Of a DNA stretch of 64,000 nt, positions 1 through 13,075 are shown piece after piece; position 1 is the first letter of the stretch; each line of letters starts with the position of its first letter. A program made the translations under genes and the position numbers. This DNA comes from Octopus sinensis (lineage: Eukaryota): positions 124,001 to 188,000 of the forward strand of contig NW_021832232.1 in the NCBI RefSeq assembly GCF_006345805.1, in the 5' to 3' direction. A model generated the notes under the pieces. The model saw only the letters and a list, made by a program, of their open reading frames with translations. It searched no databases and had not been told where the DNA came from.

Positions 1-866
1 CGCGCTACTAATACAAATATGTTTCATTCTTTAAAATCAAAAGGATCAAAGACAAACAAAGAGTCGTCATTTGACACTTTTCTTGATTACGTCATACCCT
101 CATACCACGCTACCGTACTCACTACATGTAAGAAACAATTTTATATTTATAGTCAATTACTCACGACCTGTTTATATAATGGGAGTTGAATATGAAAAAA
201 TAACAAATGATTTGGGCAAAGAAAACCCTGAAAAGTACACAACAGCAGTTTTATGTAATATTTTTTGTTTTATAATTCTTTAGCCACAAGTCGTAATCCA
301 AGACCAAATGAAATAGAAGGAAAATCATTTTATTTTTTATCAAAAAAGAAAATTTTGGAAATGTTTAGAGAAGGAGAATTCGTAGAGATCGGAGTATACA
401 AAGACAACCTTTATGGAACCACCTTCAATGAAATCAGTTTGAGAACTACAAAACCGGTTTCTTATTCTAAAATAATATATTTTTTTGTAGGGAACGTATT
501 GTTTACTTGATTTGAATCCGAGCTCAGTCTATCGTTTGATCTCTCTGGGAATTCATCCGATTGTTATTTTCGTAAAGCTGACATCACTCGAAAATACCAG
601 GTTATAACAAAGTCTATCTAAAATTTAGTGCAATATATACAAATTGCAAAAGATCTAAGCATATTGAATTGTACGAAAAAATGAAAGGAATAGAAGAGAA
701 ATCTTGTCGACTTTTTACGAGTTTAAAATTTTTTGTAATATTATTTATAGCTGTTGTGAGTGGATCTTGTTACTCGGAGATATTTGATAGAGTCAAAGAG
801 ACTATTGACGTGATTGGTCATTCTAAGCAAGGATGGATTCCAGACGATTTCAGCATTTTTAATTGA
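1..866 (+). CDS. 3' part of DLG-like MAGUK (HOOK/guanylate-kinase-like domain), paralog of 52628-55284; truncated by window start
   Basis: Spliced reading NYSRPVYIMG...TSRNPRPNEIEGKSFYF...FVEIGVYKDNLYGT...FTAVVSG...WIP is a MAGUK GK domain. GT-AG mini-introns at 128-152, 255-283, 601-628 and 721-750. Confidence 0.85.
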
Positions 867-989
867 TTCTTATTAAAATAATGTTAATTTTTAAAACCAA
901 AAGAGTTTTTCGATGGTCATATCTAAATTTTCTCAACGATTTTTCGTGTTTCATTAAACAGAGATCAACAAACGATAAAATAAACCGTT

Positions 990-1650
990 AAGCGACAAGT
1001 CTCCTGTAGGCAAAGACACACCGAAGTAGTGAAGAGTATATATCTCCATTTATGCACAAAATATGGAATTAAGAAATCTAGGAGATTGAAAACTTATTCT
1101 GTCTAGTCAGTAGTCGCAAATAAATGTGGAAATTCGTGTTGACACGACAATAAGTACGGATCTGAAGGTCGAGAATAACAACCCGGACATCTTCGTATTC
1201 GACAAATGAGGAACACAATCATGTTTATTGAGATTGGGATCACCTCTCAAAAAAACCTAAAGCAAGTTGAGGTGGAAAAGCTTTATAAGTACAACTTAGC
1301 CTCCACTGATACTAAAGTGGGACGGTGATGTGAGTAAATTCTACATACATCACTGCGTTCAATTGATCTCGAAGGACCCACACGAGCTTACATCCAGTCT
1401 GTGGTCATCTGGAAAACATTGAAGAGCATGCGTGCAGATTATAAGTTTGGGATTTACCCACCTGAGATCGTAAAATGACCCGGTTTGCAAAGGCAACGAT
1501 GGAGGAAGTTTCCTCAAGTGAGATCATAAAATCCAAATAGAGAAACCACAAAAGTGGCCTTCGATAACATTGATTCGGACTCGAAGAAGAGGATCGACTG
1601 AAAGCAGACGTACTAATTAAAAACTAATTTTATCTGGACTTTTCAATTTT
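990..1650 (+). mobile_element. Degenerate 3' part of R4-like non-LTR retrotransposon (RLE endonuclease)
   Basis: Frameshifted VEIRVDTTISTD..NNNPDIFVFDK..IEIGIT..VEVEKLYKY motifs. The 3' end (ggactcgaagaagagga...aattttatctggacttttcaa) is shared with 18015-18375 and 24545-25460. Confidence 0.75.
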
Positions 1651-1793
1651 AGAATTTTCTTAAACTTCGCGTGCTAGTTTAAGAAAGATATGGCAACAAA
1701 TACACTCTGAATTAATTACTAATTGTTGGAATAATTGATGAATGTCGTTTTCAAACTCTCTTATTAGTGAATAATGAATTGAAGAGTTTAAGT

Positions 1794-3511
1794 CAGTGGT
1801 TCTCAAACTTTTTTTCCTTGCGTACCCCTTGCCATCTAAATAATTTTTCGCGTACCCCTTATCGATTTTAAAAAATTAAGGAAAAAAAATATTTAATTAA
1901 TGAGATGGATGGTGTTGTTTATCAATCACTAATCTATCGATTTCTGGATCCTTTGACGAAGACACACCCGAATATCATGAACAACATTCAGCCTCGCACG
2001 ATGAACTGATTTTAAATTAAACAACGATGAAAATCCTTGTTCGCAGAGATATGTAGTCGGAAACAAAAGCAAAAAATCGATTATATAAAATCCAATATTG
2101 TGATATTTTGATGTCATTTTACACCAAAATTCAATTAATGGTGCAGATTCAAATAAGATTTTTGACTCGTAAGAATTATTAATTCAATAACTTCTTCTTG
2201 AATATTTGAAGGCAAAACATTAACTTTTACGGAAAAAGGATTGACAAAAAACTTAAGATCTACTTCATTAATTTCAGGTATATATTTTTCAATTTCATTC
2301 TTCAATCCAAGTAAATGGGAAGTTATTTGATGTTTTAAATTTTTATTTCATTTAATTTAGATGGAAAATGTTTTCATTCAACTTATCAAACATAGTAAAA
2401 TTAGAATTTGTTGTATTATCTATCCACAGTTGGAGCTTCATACGAAAAGACCTACAATATTGCATTATTTCGTAAAAAACCTTGTTTTTTCTAAAAAGTC
2501 AACAATGGTAACTCCCCAAGCATAGCTGGTGCTCCATCTGTGGTGCATGCACTAAGATTTTGCCACAATAGGCCTATCATAAGTAAAAAATCAAAAATGT
2601 ACCTTCTGTTTCAAAAAAACAATTAACTGCATCGAAAATATCAGAACCTTTGTGTTTAAAGGTAAGGAATAGTTGAACAAAAATTCTTCCTTAATATTTT
2701 CCATATAAATATATCGCACATAAACGAGTAACTGAGAGCAATTTGCTACATCTGTTGATTCATCCAATTGAATTGAAAATTTTTAAAGGCAGCACTTTTT
2801 ATTTCAGTAATGACCTAATAATAATTAACCAGAAAATAACTTGTTCTTTTATGTTTTCGGATAGATCTCGTATTCTTCTATTGACGGTATCATTTGAACA
2901 TGGAATTTTTCGAACAATATGCTCCAATTTATTGCCAGGGAAACATTCAAACATGTCCTTAATGCACGGTATAATAAGATTCTCGGCAATTGTATGTGGT
3001 TTTTTGGCTTTTGCGATCCGATATGAAATCATGTAAGAGAGTTTTGATAGTAAAAAATTAATGTCAAAATTGAAAGAATCGTCTATTTTCCGAATATTAT
3101 CTTTTTTGTTCTTAAAAAAGTCATTTGGTTTTCCGATAGTTTCGAAATGATTAGAAACTTGATGCCGAGAAAGTAATGAAGGTTTCATGGATTCAGGGCA
3201 AAGAATCTTTTGGCAAATAAAACACTGCGGATGTGCACACCGTTTTAATCACAAAATAAAATCCATAGTTGAGATAACTATCGTTGTATTTTCGAATCTT
3301 GTTAACAGGTAAACTCATAAGAAAACTAGTAGCGTGGAGATTTATTTATTATTAATTATTTAATTTAATTATGATTTTTATTATAATTAGAATTAATAAA
3401 CTTTTTATGTTGAAACGAAAATTAAATAGATTTTCAAAAAAATTTTCGCGTACCCCCTACAGAATTTCGCGTACCCCTAGGGGTACAGCGTACCCCAGTT
3501 GAGAACCACTG
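1794..3511 (-). mobile_element. hAT/Buster DNA transposon, internally deleted
   Basis: TIR cagtggttctcaa / ttgagaaccactg. Perfect 8-bp TSD gtttaagt (1786-1793, 3512-3519) fits the Buster nnnTAnnn pattern. Subterminal gcgtacccc repeats. Transposase fragments MKPS..L.RH, AKKPHTIAENLI, FPTTYLCEQGFS. Confidence 0.92.
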
Positions 3512-3516
3512 GTTTA

Positions 3517-4977
3517 AGTAAACCAAAATAAAAAACGAACACTACATTTTTCCTAAAATTTCCAAGAAACGAATCAAAAAAAATACTAAATAGAATTTTA
3601 ACAATATATAAACAATAACTAATATTTTTATTTTGCAAAAAAATATATTTACCGCTTTTTGCGGCAAAAGTATAATCTGAACCAAAATAAAAAACGAACA
3701 AAATTTTTTATTTGTAAATGTTATTAAATATATGATTTTTTTAAAAAATTATTAATATTTTGCACGCTATAATAACTTATTATGGCCAGACAATTGAGTT
3801 TTGAAGAAAAGGGAACAATTATCGGTATTTACAAATGCGGAAAGACGTATTGCGAAATACAACGTATAACTAAAAGATCACTTGATACCATATCGAAAAC
3901 AATTCGAAAATATAAACAAAATATTTCATGCACAAGAAAATATGGTTCTGGTCGTCCCCGGCTCCTAAATGAAGAAGATTTTAAAAAAATCAATAAGGCA
4001 AGGATTGAAGATCCAAATTTTAATTGCGTAAAATATGCGAAGGCACTGAAAGAAGAAAAACTGGGAAAATGCAACACCTGAAACAATCAGAAATACACTA
4101 AAACAAAGAGGTTTCAAAGCATTTCCGCCTACTAAAAGACCACATCTTACTAAAAAACACAAAGAACGAAGAATGGAAATCTGTCAAAGATGGAATATGC
4201 TATTGGAATCACGTTATATTCAGCGACGAATGCAAATTCAACTTAGTAAACAACGACGGACGAAGATTTGTATAAAGACAACAATCCGAAAAGTTTGTTT
4301 CACGTAATATTACTGAAACCGTAAAATTTGGAAAAGGAAGTGTGATGATATGGGGTGCATTTACGTCTGAATATTTTACTAATCTGGTTTGGATAAAAAA
4401 AATAATGAATGGATCATTGTATGTTAACATTTTGGCAAACAATTTGTTGCCATTTCTGGAAAAAATAGGATTATTGATCCAATTTTTCAACAGGACAACG
4501 ACCCAAAACACACATGTGTGCTTGCAAAAATATTCTTTGAGACTAATAATATCGAATTGCTACCTTGGCCAGCGCAAAGCCCGGATCTTAACCCCATTGA
4601 ACACGTATGGAGCTATATGAAGGCAAAAATAAGGGGGAAATCGTATTCCAAAAAAGAGGAACTTTTTGAAGAATTACAAACAATTTGGAATGAGATAGGA
4701 GTGGATTATGCAAAATCATTGGTAGAGTGAACGAATATTGTCTGTAATTGCGACACGTGGTGGGCATATAAATTTTAATTTGTAAATAAAATTTTGTTCG
4801 TTTTTTATTTTTGTTCAGATTATACTTGGCCGTAAAAGGCGGTAAATATTTTTTTTGCAAAAATAAAAACATAGTTATTGTTTATATATTGTTAAAATTT
4901 TATTTAGATATTTTTTTGATTCGTTTCTTGGAAATTTTAGGAAAAATGTAGTGTTCGTTTTTTATTTTGGTTTACTG
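3517..4977 (+). mobile_element. Tc1-like transposon with long IR/DR-type inverted repeats; frameshifted transposase
   Basis: ~200-bp inverted repeats with internal direct repeat aaccaaaataaaaaacgaac; right end ...tttactg+TA. Transposase motifs GSGRPR, FSDE, MIWG, QQDNDPKH, WPAQSPDLNPIEHVW. Confidence 0.92.
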
Positions 4978-5224
4978 TAGTTGCTGAAAATGAAATACAA
5001 AATGATGACAAGAATATATACGACAGATTAAAATGTATCTATTCTTATTTGCAACAGCGATGAATACACTTGAAGAGAACATTTTCATTTTGTTTCTTGA
5101 AGCTATGAAAGATTATTATAATTTCAGAATAATATTAGGAATGGAAATGAAAAAATCCGCAACCGGAGGGAAATTTCAAGTTTTTTATAGATTTTTTATT
5201 ATAAATAATTTAACTCAGAATAAA

Positions 5225-5907
5225 TCACCGCTTAGAATGGAGTGGATTAAATTGACTATTATAAGGTCTCTTCCGATCATCAATGACAGCAGTATCCACA
5301 CTTGGCATTGGAGCACCACTTCGCTGAGCCAACAACTTTTGTACTCTCAGACTCTCCTGTCTTTCCCTTTTAAGTCTATACAACTAAAACAAACACAACT
5401 AACCGTTCATTCCGCAAAGTATCAATTGACTTACGACTTTGTTCTTGTTTCTTTATAGAATCATCCTTTCTTACAATCGACTGGTCCTTCGAGGTCGCTC
5501 TTTTTACGTCATTCAGAGGATCATAATAAGACTTCCCTTTTTTTCTTGCTCAGTTTCGGCGTTTTTTAAATACGAGGCTTTAAGCCCCTTTTCTTCGTCC
5601 ATAAAAAAGTTGACGTGTTCCATCAGTTCAGTTTTTTTAACAATTTTTGAGTTTTCTGTCACGATTGAGGAATCTTTGGCGGCACGGGAACGAAGGAGTC
5701 TTAAACGATACTCAGAATCCTATTTTATTGATTGTAGGAATGAGCAATACAGCCAGGTCGATCTTTCGCTGCTCTTCCATTTTTTCTGCGAGAGCCTTGG
5801 CCTCATCTTCTCTCACAATGGCAACGTTGTGTTTATTTCGAACATGCCAGCTAATATAATTAATATTATTAACTAATAAATTACCTTTTCTTTGGATTAA
5901 TATTCAT
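5225..5907 (-). CDS. LENG1: LENG1-like (Cir_N domain) protein, spliced
   Basis: Spliced N-terminus MNINPKK|SWHVRNKHNVAIVREDEAKA and C-terminus YNSQFNPLHSKR* match the conserved LENG1 ends. Confidence 0.8.
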
Positions 5908-6149
5908 CAACAACAACACAACAAAAACAACAACTGTTAATCGATATTAAACCTTTATTTATTATAATAAAATAATATTATAATTTAAATTAATAAATAT
6001 CATAAGTATTAGTATAATATTTTTGGTCAAGAATTTGCACAATGTCTTTTTTACTCTTTTTAAACTGTTTACGCTGGCCTCTAAAGTCATAGAACTAACT
6101 AATCTCAAACTAAATGGGAAAGTGCAAGCCTGGAGCCCAAATGTATGCA

Positions 6150-7440
6150 GCGGTAGAGATGCTAGCGAGAAATAAGAAATCCGAGAATCTAACAATTCAT
6201 GACAAACTCAGAAGAACCATTTATAACAATCAGGAATGCATCATAGCTGATCACTTTGAAAAAATATTTCAATTTTGAAAAAGAGGAAGCGCTTCATCCA
6301 TTTGATGATGTCCCGAGAAAACTATCAAAAGAAATAACTTCATTCCACGTTATAAAGGCTGAGTGCAGACAACTCACAGCACCAGGCCCAGACAATGTTA
6401 ATTCAGAACTCATAATATACGCTCCTGAAAATTTTCATAAACTCATTACTCATTTTCTGAACAAAATTTTTGAGAAACACTCTAGAATTAACATCGAATC
6501 GGAAAATTATTCCCTCTACATAAAACGGGAAAGGAAAGATGAAAGCTAAATAGCGTAATATCAATCATACTACTAAAATCACTGCGCAATATCTTGCTGC
6601 TAATCGCTCTGAAAAGTTGGAACAAACAAGGGCACCCCTCAGAGAGACGCCATATCCCCGGTTTTCAAATATCCCCAGACATATAACAGAAGTCGTCTAC
6701 TCAGATGATATAGTTCTAACGACAACAGTCCACAAATTAGAAGGTATTGTCGATAAACTGGGAACACATTTAAAAAATCATTCCTAAAAATTAACCCTGA
6801 GAAAACAGAATATGCAATAGTTCGGCGATGAAAACAACGACACGAGGAAAAATGAAGGCATAAAAAGAAGCTTGGCCCTCTCTTAGGAGATACAGAGGAC
6901 ACAGTACGAAGAAAATCACTAGCAACATTTGCTCTTAGCTATCAACGTTTGCTTTTAAAAGACTAACCAATATATGGTTACGAGGTAAACACATTATACA
7001 ACATGTTTGTGAAACCGGTCCTATTTTACAATTCTTCTACCCAATCTCTCATAATGTAAGAAATGGAAAGTCTCAACTCTTTCCAGCTCAGATAAATCTT
7101 AAGAATATTCCACTCAAAGCACATTCAAAACAAATACATCTACTCCTATTACAATACACATCCACTAGACGGAGAACTAAAGTAAAATACGGGGCCTCGC
7201 GATGGAACACTTTTACGCTTCCCATCCTGGACCGATCTTCAGAGGAAGACAAAATCTGTTTTACATCAAGACCTAGCCTTGATTAGAAAAGGGCTGACAT
7301 TTATAGACGACCTTGAGTTTCTGAAAGAACTATCGAGGAACAGAGGGATCTAAAAGCGATTAACAAAACAGATCCAGGAGAGGGTGGGACAAGCGAGATA
7401 ACTTTAATAAAGCTGTTTTGCAGTCTGCTTATTAATAAAA
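6150..7440 (+). mobile_element. Degenerate RTE-like non-LTR retrotransposon, related to 15966-17940
   Basis: APGPDNVNSELIIYAP, KINPEKTE and KKLGPLLGDTED..RRKSLA parallel the 555-aa RT. Many stops and deletions. Confidence 0.7.
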
Positions 7441-7639
7441 AATCGTAGAGGAAAATGACTGTAAGCATAGGTTTCACATACGAAAACGGATTTATTTTGT
7501 TACCATTATAAGAATTGATCACAAGGACTCTGTTTTGTGATTTCATACCAGTTCAATTCTGTTATCTAACTAAAAGAGACATTTTGAATTTATAAGTTTA
7601 CAGAACATAAATCCAAGTCCTTATGAAACTTATGGAAGT

Positions 7640-7960
7640 GAAATTAAAAGGCATTACAAAATGAGTCCCTTCCCAATGATATCAATGTTTTTCATTCCAG
7701 ACAAAATTCAATTCTTATACCCATTCTTATGCTAGGTCAAAAATACATATTATATTCCATTAAATAGAACTGTCCCCAAGACAGACTTTTGTAAAGGGAA
7801 GCCAAAGTTAAGATATTATGAATGGGCGCCTTTTATTTTTCTCTTGTTTGCTTTTTTTATCAAGTGCCTTCTTTCTTGAATGTCAAATAATGAGACCTCT
7901 GATTTCAACCTTCAAAATATTTTGAGATTTGCAAATCCATAGTATCGGCTGAAGACCAAT
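7640..7960 (+). pseudogene. Innexin pseudogene fragment
   Basis: Close nucleotide match to 35310-35630 (aattcttatacccattc...aaatacata...gggaagcca...atgggcgcctttt) with in-frame stops and indels. Confidence 0.8.
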
Positions 7961-8085
7961 GACCGGAGAAGGACGAGCTGGCTCTTTCAGCGCGTCTCGG
8001 TCTCAATTCTCCACAGCCCTTCTTTGTCGGACTGACCCTCAAGTTTATGACACTCTAGTTATTTCCTTTTCTTTTCATTAAATAA
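7955..8085 (+). mobile_element. 3' tip of CRE-like retrotransposon
   Basis: NDRRRTSWLFQRVSVSILH resembles DPREANWLMQRLSIAIIRG of the copy at 49611-50400. Confidence 0.5.
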
Positions 8086-8104
8086 ACTAATTTTTTTTTT
8101 TTTT

Positions 8105-8440
8105 TTGGCCTTCCAGATCCTGGTTTCCGATGGATTGTGCCATTCTTTTTGTATCGTTGGATAAAATTAGACACTGTGGCCTCATGTACCCCAACTTTCA
8201 AAGAAATTGCCCGAAATGTCATTTTGTTTCATATAAAGCAATAATTTTTCCTTTTGTAAAGTCATCCATATGCTTTTTCCTAAAATAGAGATATTAAATC
8301 GTATAAAAAAGATATTTGTATAGATAATATTTTTGAATCATTTTTTTTGTCACTGACATATACTAACATATTGTGTGTTGTGCTTTTAATTTTTCCAAAT
8401 TAATGTAATTAGCAAATATTTTATTAAAATTAAATCATAA
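8105..8440 (-). mobile_element. Tc1-like transposase 5' fragment
   Basis: MDDFTKGKIIALYE...RKPGSGRPK helix-turn-helix region, with stops. Confidence 0.55.
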
Positions 8441-8529
8441 TAATTACAACTAATCTACTAAGTTTTTGAAATTAGAATATTTATAAGATTTTCAAAGAAA
8501 AACTAAATATGAATTTTGAATCATTTTTT

Positions 8530-10085
8530 TTGGCGATTTGAATCATATCAACGCCTTACCAGAAATGATGCCAAAGGATTTGAAATTTCACTAAAAGAAC
8601 CAGACGGGAAATATATCTTTTCTGATCGTATCCCGGAAGTACTCAGGAACCAACTCAGTCAGGTTCAAGAGGTCGAATCTACCGTTCCACGAGGGACTTA
8701 TGACCGAATTGTGAAGAAGCTTGGCTCTTCGCAATTATCGGAGGGACCATTATGTGGGGCGATAACACAGGAAGAGGTTAAAAAGGCAATTGCTGGGTTG
8801 AAGAACAAGGCGCCTGGCTTCGACTGCATCCCTCAGATGTTGTTAAAGAAGGCCTCCGAAATCTTGATACGAGCATTGACTATGTTGTTTCACGCCAGCT
8901 GGACGTTCGGAAACCTTCCATCGGCGTGGAAGCATACGATTGTTCGAATGATTCCAAAATCTGGTAAATCGGCACTGCTAGCAGAGAACTACCGGCCAAT
9001 TAGCCTCATTTGTACTTTCTCTAAGACAATGGAAAAGATTGTCTTAACAGACTCTCTGGTCATATAGAATCACAAAATTTGCTTTTACCCGAACAATGGG
9101 GATTTCGCGAAGGAAGATCCACAGGGACCTGCCTCAGGGAGTTAGAGCACCAATTATCCCGTGCTGACAGAAATGAAGCATGGCTAACTTTGGTGTGTCT
9201 AGACCTGGCCAAAGCCTTCGATAGCGTGTGGCACCTGGGCCTACTCTCCAGAGTCCATGACACCGGAGCCGGGATAAAGACCTATCGATGGCTGGAGAGC
9301 TTCTTGTCAGGAAGACAATCATTTGTCCGCTGTGGAAACCGCCTATCGGGGTGTGTGGAACTTAGAAGGGGAGTCCCGCAGGGATCTATCTTGAGTCCAC
9401 TTCTGTTCAACCTCTTCTTGGCGGACATTCCTCTGCCGTCGACACGTACTGGCAAGCTCGTCATCTATGCTGACGATATCCTGGTCATGGATACCTCGAA
9501 AAGAATATCCCAGTCTTGGAGACGACTTAAATCATACATTGCAACGCTAAAGATGTGGACTATAGAGAAGGGTTTGACCCTAGCACCGGAGAAGAGCACC
9601 ATTTCATGGTTGCGGAGAGGGAGTCGCTGTGCGGAGTCTTGTGCATATGCGATGAGTAGTTATGTGATGGATCTCCCGAAAAGGAAAAATCTTTCTTACC
9701 TGGGAGCAACCATCAACTGTCGTGGCTCGTACGCAGATCATATAGCAAATCAGAGAAAGAGGAGTGTGAGGATCCTCAAAAGCTTAACCAGGTTCCATCT
9801 GGATCCGGAAACGTACATCTACGTATACAAAACGTGTGTGCAGCCAGTCCTCACATATGGCTACGAGGGCTGGTACGGTACGGAGGAGAGTGACTACCTG
9901 ATCGAACAGTTGGAAAAGACAAGACGTTTCGCTATGAAATTTGCTTACGGAGTACAACTTGACCGAAGGTTAAAAGACTCACATGAATCCTCTGTGTTCA
10001 CGATCCGGATGGTCTTGGAGAATTGTTGTCAACTATGACTACAATTAGGGATACTCATGGAAAGAGACACTTCGGTGCCTTGTTT
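8530..10085 (+). mobile_element. Jockey/I-group non-LTR retrotransposon RT, 5'-truncated, frameshift near 9060
   Basis: KAPGFDCI, YRPISL, QWGFREG, DLAKAFDSV, GVPQGSILSPLLF, YADD. Confidence 0.88.
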
Positions 10086-10196
10086 TTATCTCCCCGTTAA
10101 TGATTTCTTCCTTGTTTTTCTTTTCGGTCAATAAATACTATTCTATTCTAAAAAATACAAAAATTATGGAACTATCAGACACGTGTGTTTGTTGTG

Positions 10197-10790
10197 ATGT
10201 CCAAGTTCGATCCAACTGCAGTTCATATTGGTATATTTCACTCCGTGATAGTCAAGTCAAACTACGAGTAGTCGGTGGTGAAATTGGCGCAAGCTCTACA
10301 ATTGCCCCAAGAATAGCCCCTCTGGGACTTCCAGCCAAGAAAGTGGCTGAAGACATTGCAAAGTCGACAACTGACTGGAAAGGAATAAAAATAGCAGTCC
10401 AACTGCGAATTCAGAACCGTCAGTACACCATGACGATCATCCCCTCCTCTTCTGCACTAATAATGAAGGTCCCTCATACAAAAAATGTGGCTAGGCTCTG
10501 AAGGAAACCCCCCGAGACCGGAAGAAAGTCAAGAATATAAAACACAACGGGAATATCACGTTCGATGACGTAATAGAAATCGCTCGTTCAATGCGTTTCA
10601 AGAGTTTGTCGAATTCTCTGTTTTGTGTAGTCAAGGAAATTTTGGGTATCAGTTTGAGTAATTGGAAGGCACGTGCATGTCCATTGGTTGCACTGTCGAT
10701 AACAAGCCTCCCAAGGAAGTCACCAGATTGTTGGTTGAAGGGGAGTATTACGTCCCTGTTTGATATTCTAGTTATAATGCTTAGGAATGA
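10197..10790 (+). CDS. RPL12: 60S ribosomal protein L12 (uL11)
   Basis: [12 protein letters not shown]|[24 protein letters not shown]...K|[21 protein letters not shown]...KEILG|[10 protein letters not shown]. Introns at 10231-10256, 10469-10494, 10646-10668 and probably 10758-10784. Confidence 0.95.
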
Positions 10791-11222
10791 GTCTACGTTT
10801 AATTTCTTTGTCTTTTTAATAAATTAATTTTTTCGTGATTGTTTACTTTTTTGTAGTTTTTTTTGGGAATAAGTAAGACTATATTTAAAGTGTAGTGGTT
10901 TTTGGCTGACCAACAAGTTTTCTTCATTTATTTGAGACAATTTTTGCTATATCGACAGATTGTTAACACGACCAGATTACAGGCCAAACTCGAAAGTGGA
11001 AATTCTTTGAACGTGAAAATGGAATCGATATAACCAGGACTTACTATATTTGGGACATGCTGTGAATCTGTGGTTATTAAGGGCATTCCAAAAACGAGGA
11101 CATGAAGGTGACTGATTGTGTTATTTTTTTTATTATTTTATATGTTATATAATCATGAGACAAATTCTGCCAAGCTCCACTGTGGAACTTAATTAGTACA
11201 AAACAAGGCAATACGTATTATA

Positions 11223-12600
11223 CTGTGAACAAAAATAAAAACTGAACATGCTTTTCTTATAAATTTACAATGGGACAATATTGAAAATATGTCTCAAATT
11301 TATTCTTAACATAGTTTAAAGTATTTTACATTTTTTAGTTTTTTTGATAAATATATATTTATGCCCTTTTTATGAAATCGAAAAATCAAAACCAAAAAAA
11401 ACTGAACAAATTTAAATTATTAAATATATCAAAGAAAAAGTTTTATTTTTTAAAATTTGTTCAAATTCAATCATTTGTAATCTCTCTACATGGCTAGTCA
11501 TTGAACATCTGAAGAAAAAAGCAAAATAATTGGCATGTATAAATCTGGAAAAACATACAGAGAAATACAAGATATCACCATAAGATTGCTCGGACGATAT
11601 CGCAAATTATCAGAAGCTATTTAAATAAGCGCTAGACGGACAAAAAAGTCGGGTCTGGTCGACCATCGTTGCTCAATGGTCAAGAAATATTTTAAATTAA
11701 ACTCAATTTCAACTGTTTTAAATTTGCCAAAACACTTACATAAAAAGCAGGGAAATCAGTAACCACGAAATAAGAAATACCACGAAAAATTTTGTCTGAA
11801 TGCTTATCCGCCCACGAAAAGACCACTTTTTACCAAAAACCGTAAACTTCAATGATTGACGTTCAAAATATTTTAGGAGCGAATTATTTTAAGTGATGAA
11901 AGTAAATTTAATATGTACGATAGTGATTCAGTAATTTGGTTTTAATAAAAGAAAAGATGAGTGGAGGTTTATATGTTAACATATTAACAAATAATATTAT
12001 TTCATTTCTGAACAAAATCGAACTTAAAGATCCTAGTTACCAAAAAGACAATGATCAGAAACATACTTCGGCAATAGAAAGGCACTTTTTTCAAGTAAAT
12101 AATATCGAATTGCTACCATGACTTGCACAAATCCCAGATTTAAACCCTATAGAGAATGTTTGGGTTTTTATTAAAGAAAAAATCAAAGGAAGAGAATTTT
12201 TTGAAAAAGGAACATTTATTTGCAGAAATATCATCCATTTAGAATGAACTCAAAATAGAATACGCAAAAAGTCTTATTAATAGCATGCCAGGCCGAATAC
12301 TAGATGTAATTAGAGCTAATGGAGAACATACTAGACAGTAAATAAATTTGTTCAGTTTTTTTGGGTTCTGTATTATCAATGAATGAAAAACCATATAAAT
12401 ATAATATTTTTTAGAAAAACAAAAAAATAAACAATACTTTATTTAATGTTTTAAATCAGTAGAAGTTATTTTTAGATATTGTTTCATAGTGCATCGGATC
12501 ACGTGACGTTTGCTCGGTTTTTAGCGTGGTCTTGCTGATTTAATAAATAAATAGTAAATTCGTGAGAAAATGCTTGTTCAGTTTTTATTTTTCTTCACTC
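11223..12600 (+). mobile_element. Second Tc1-like IR/DR element, degenerate and internally deleted
   Basis: TA-flanked ends ctgtgaacaaaaataaaaactgaac / gttcagtttttatttttcttcactc. Motifs GSGRP, SDE, QKDNDQKH and PDLNPIENVW, with stops. Confidence 0.85.
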
Positions 12601-13075
12601 TATCTAGTTGCTTGAAATTTCCTACCACCTTTGCACTGGTATAAATGTGCTAAATAGAGTTTACTAAAGAATACCCCTGCAAAACAATAGTCTCCGGTCT
12701 TTGCTACCAAGACAGAAAAAACTCTTTATTTTGATTTTTTCAAATATGGCGAGTTTTTGGGCTTTCATGATATTATACATTTCTATTCTATCTGAACGCT
12801 TATTACTATATCACGAATGTCCGTTTAAAATTCCAACCTAGTTTAAGCTCAATAGGATAGGAACTCAACAGTCCGAGTTTTCCACGTTGATTGTACTTTG
12901 TCTGTAGTTTTGCTAGAGTAGTGATAGAGACTGTAGAAATCTTGTTAATTTATTTGTGCGTGTTATTAATTTAATTGTTAAACATTGGGTTACCTTAAAA
13001 AATCACACTGCTTCAAAACCATTTACGTTTATTATAAAGTTTTGTACATTCAGATATTCCTTTATTTTGAACTTC

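Noticed and set aside
5033-5876. Plus-strand ORFs of 141 and 145 aa
   Set aside because: They are antisense to LENG1 and have no motifs.
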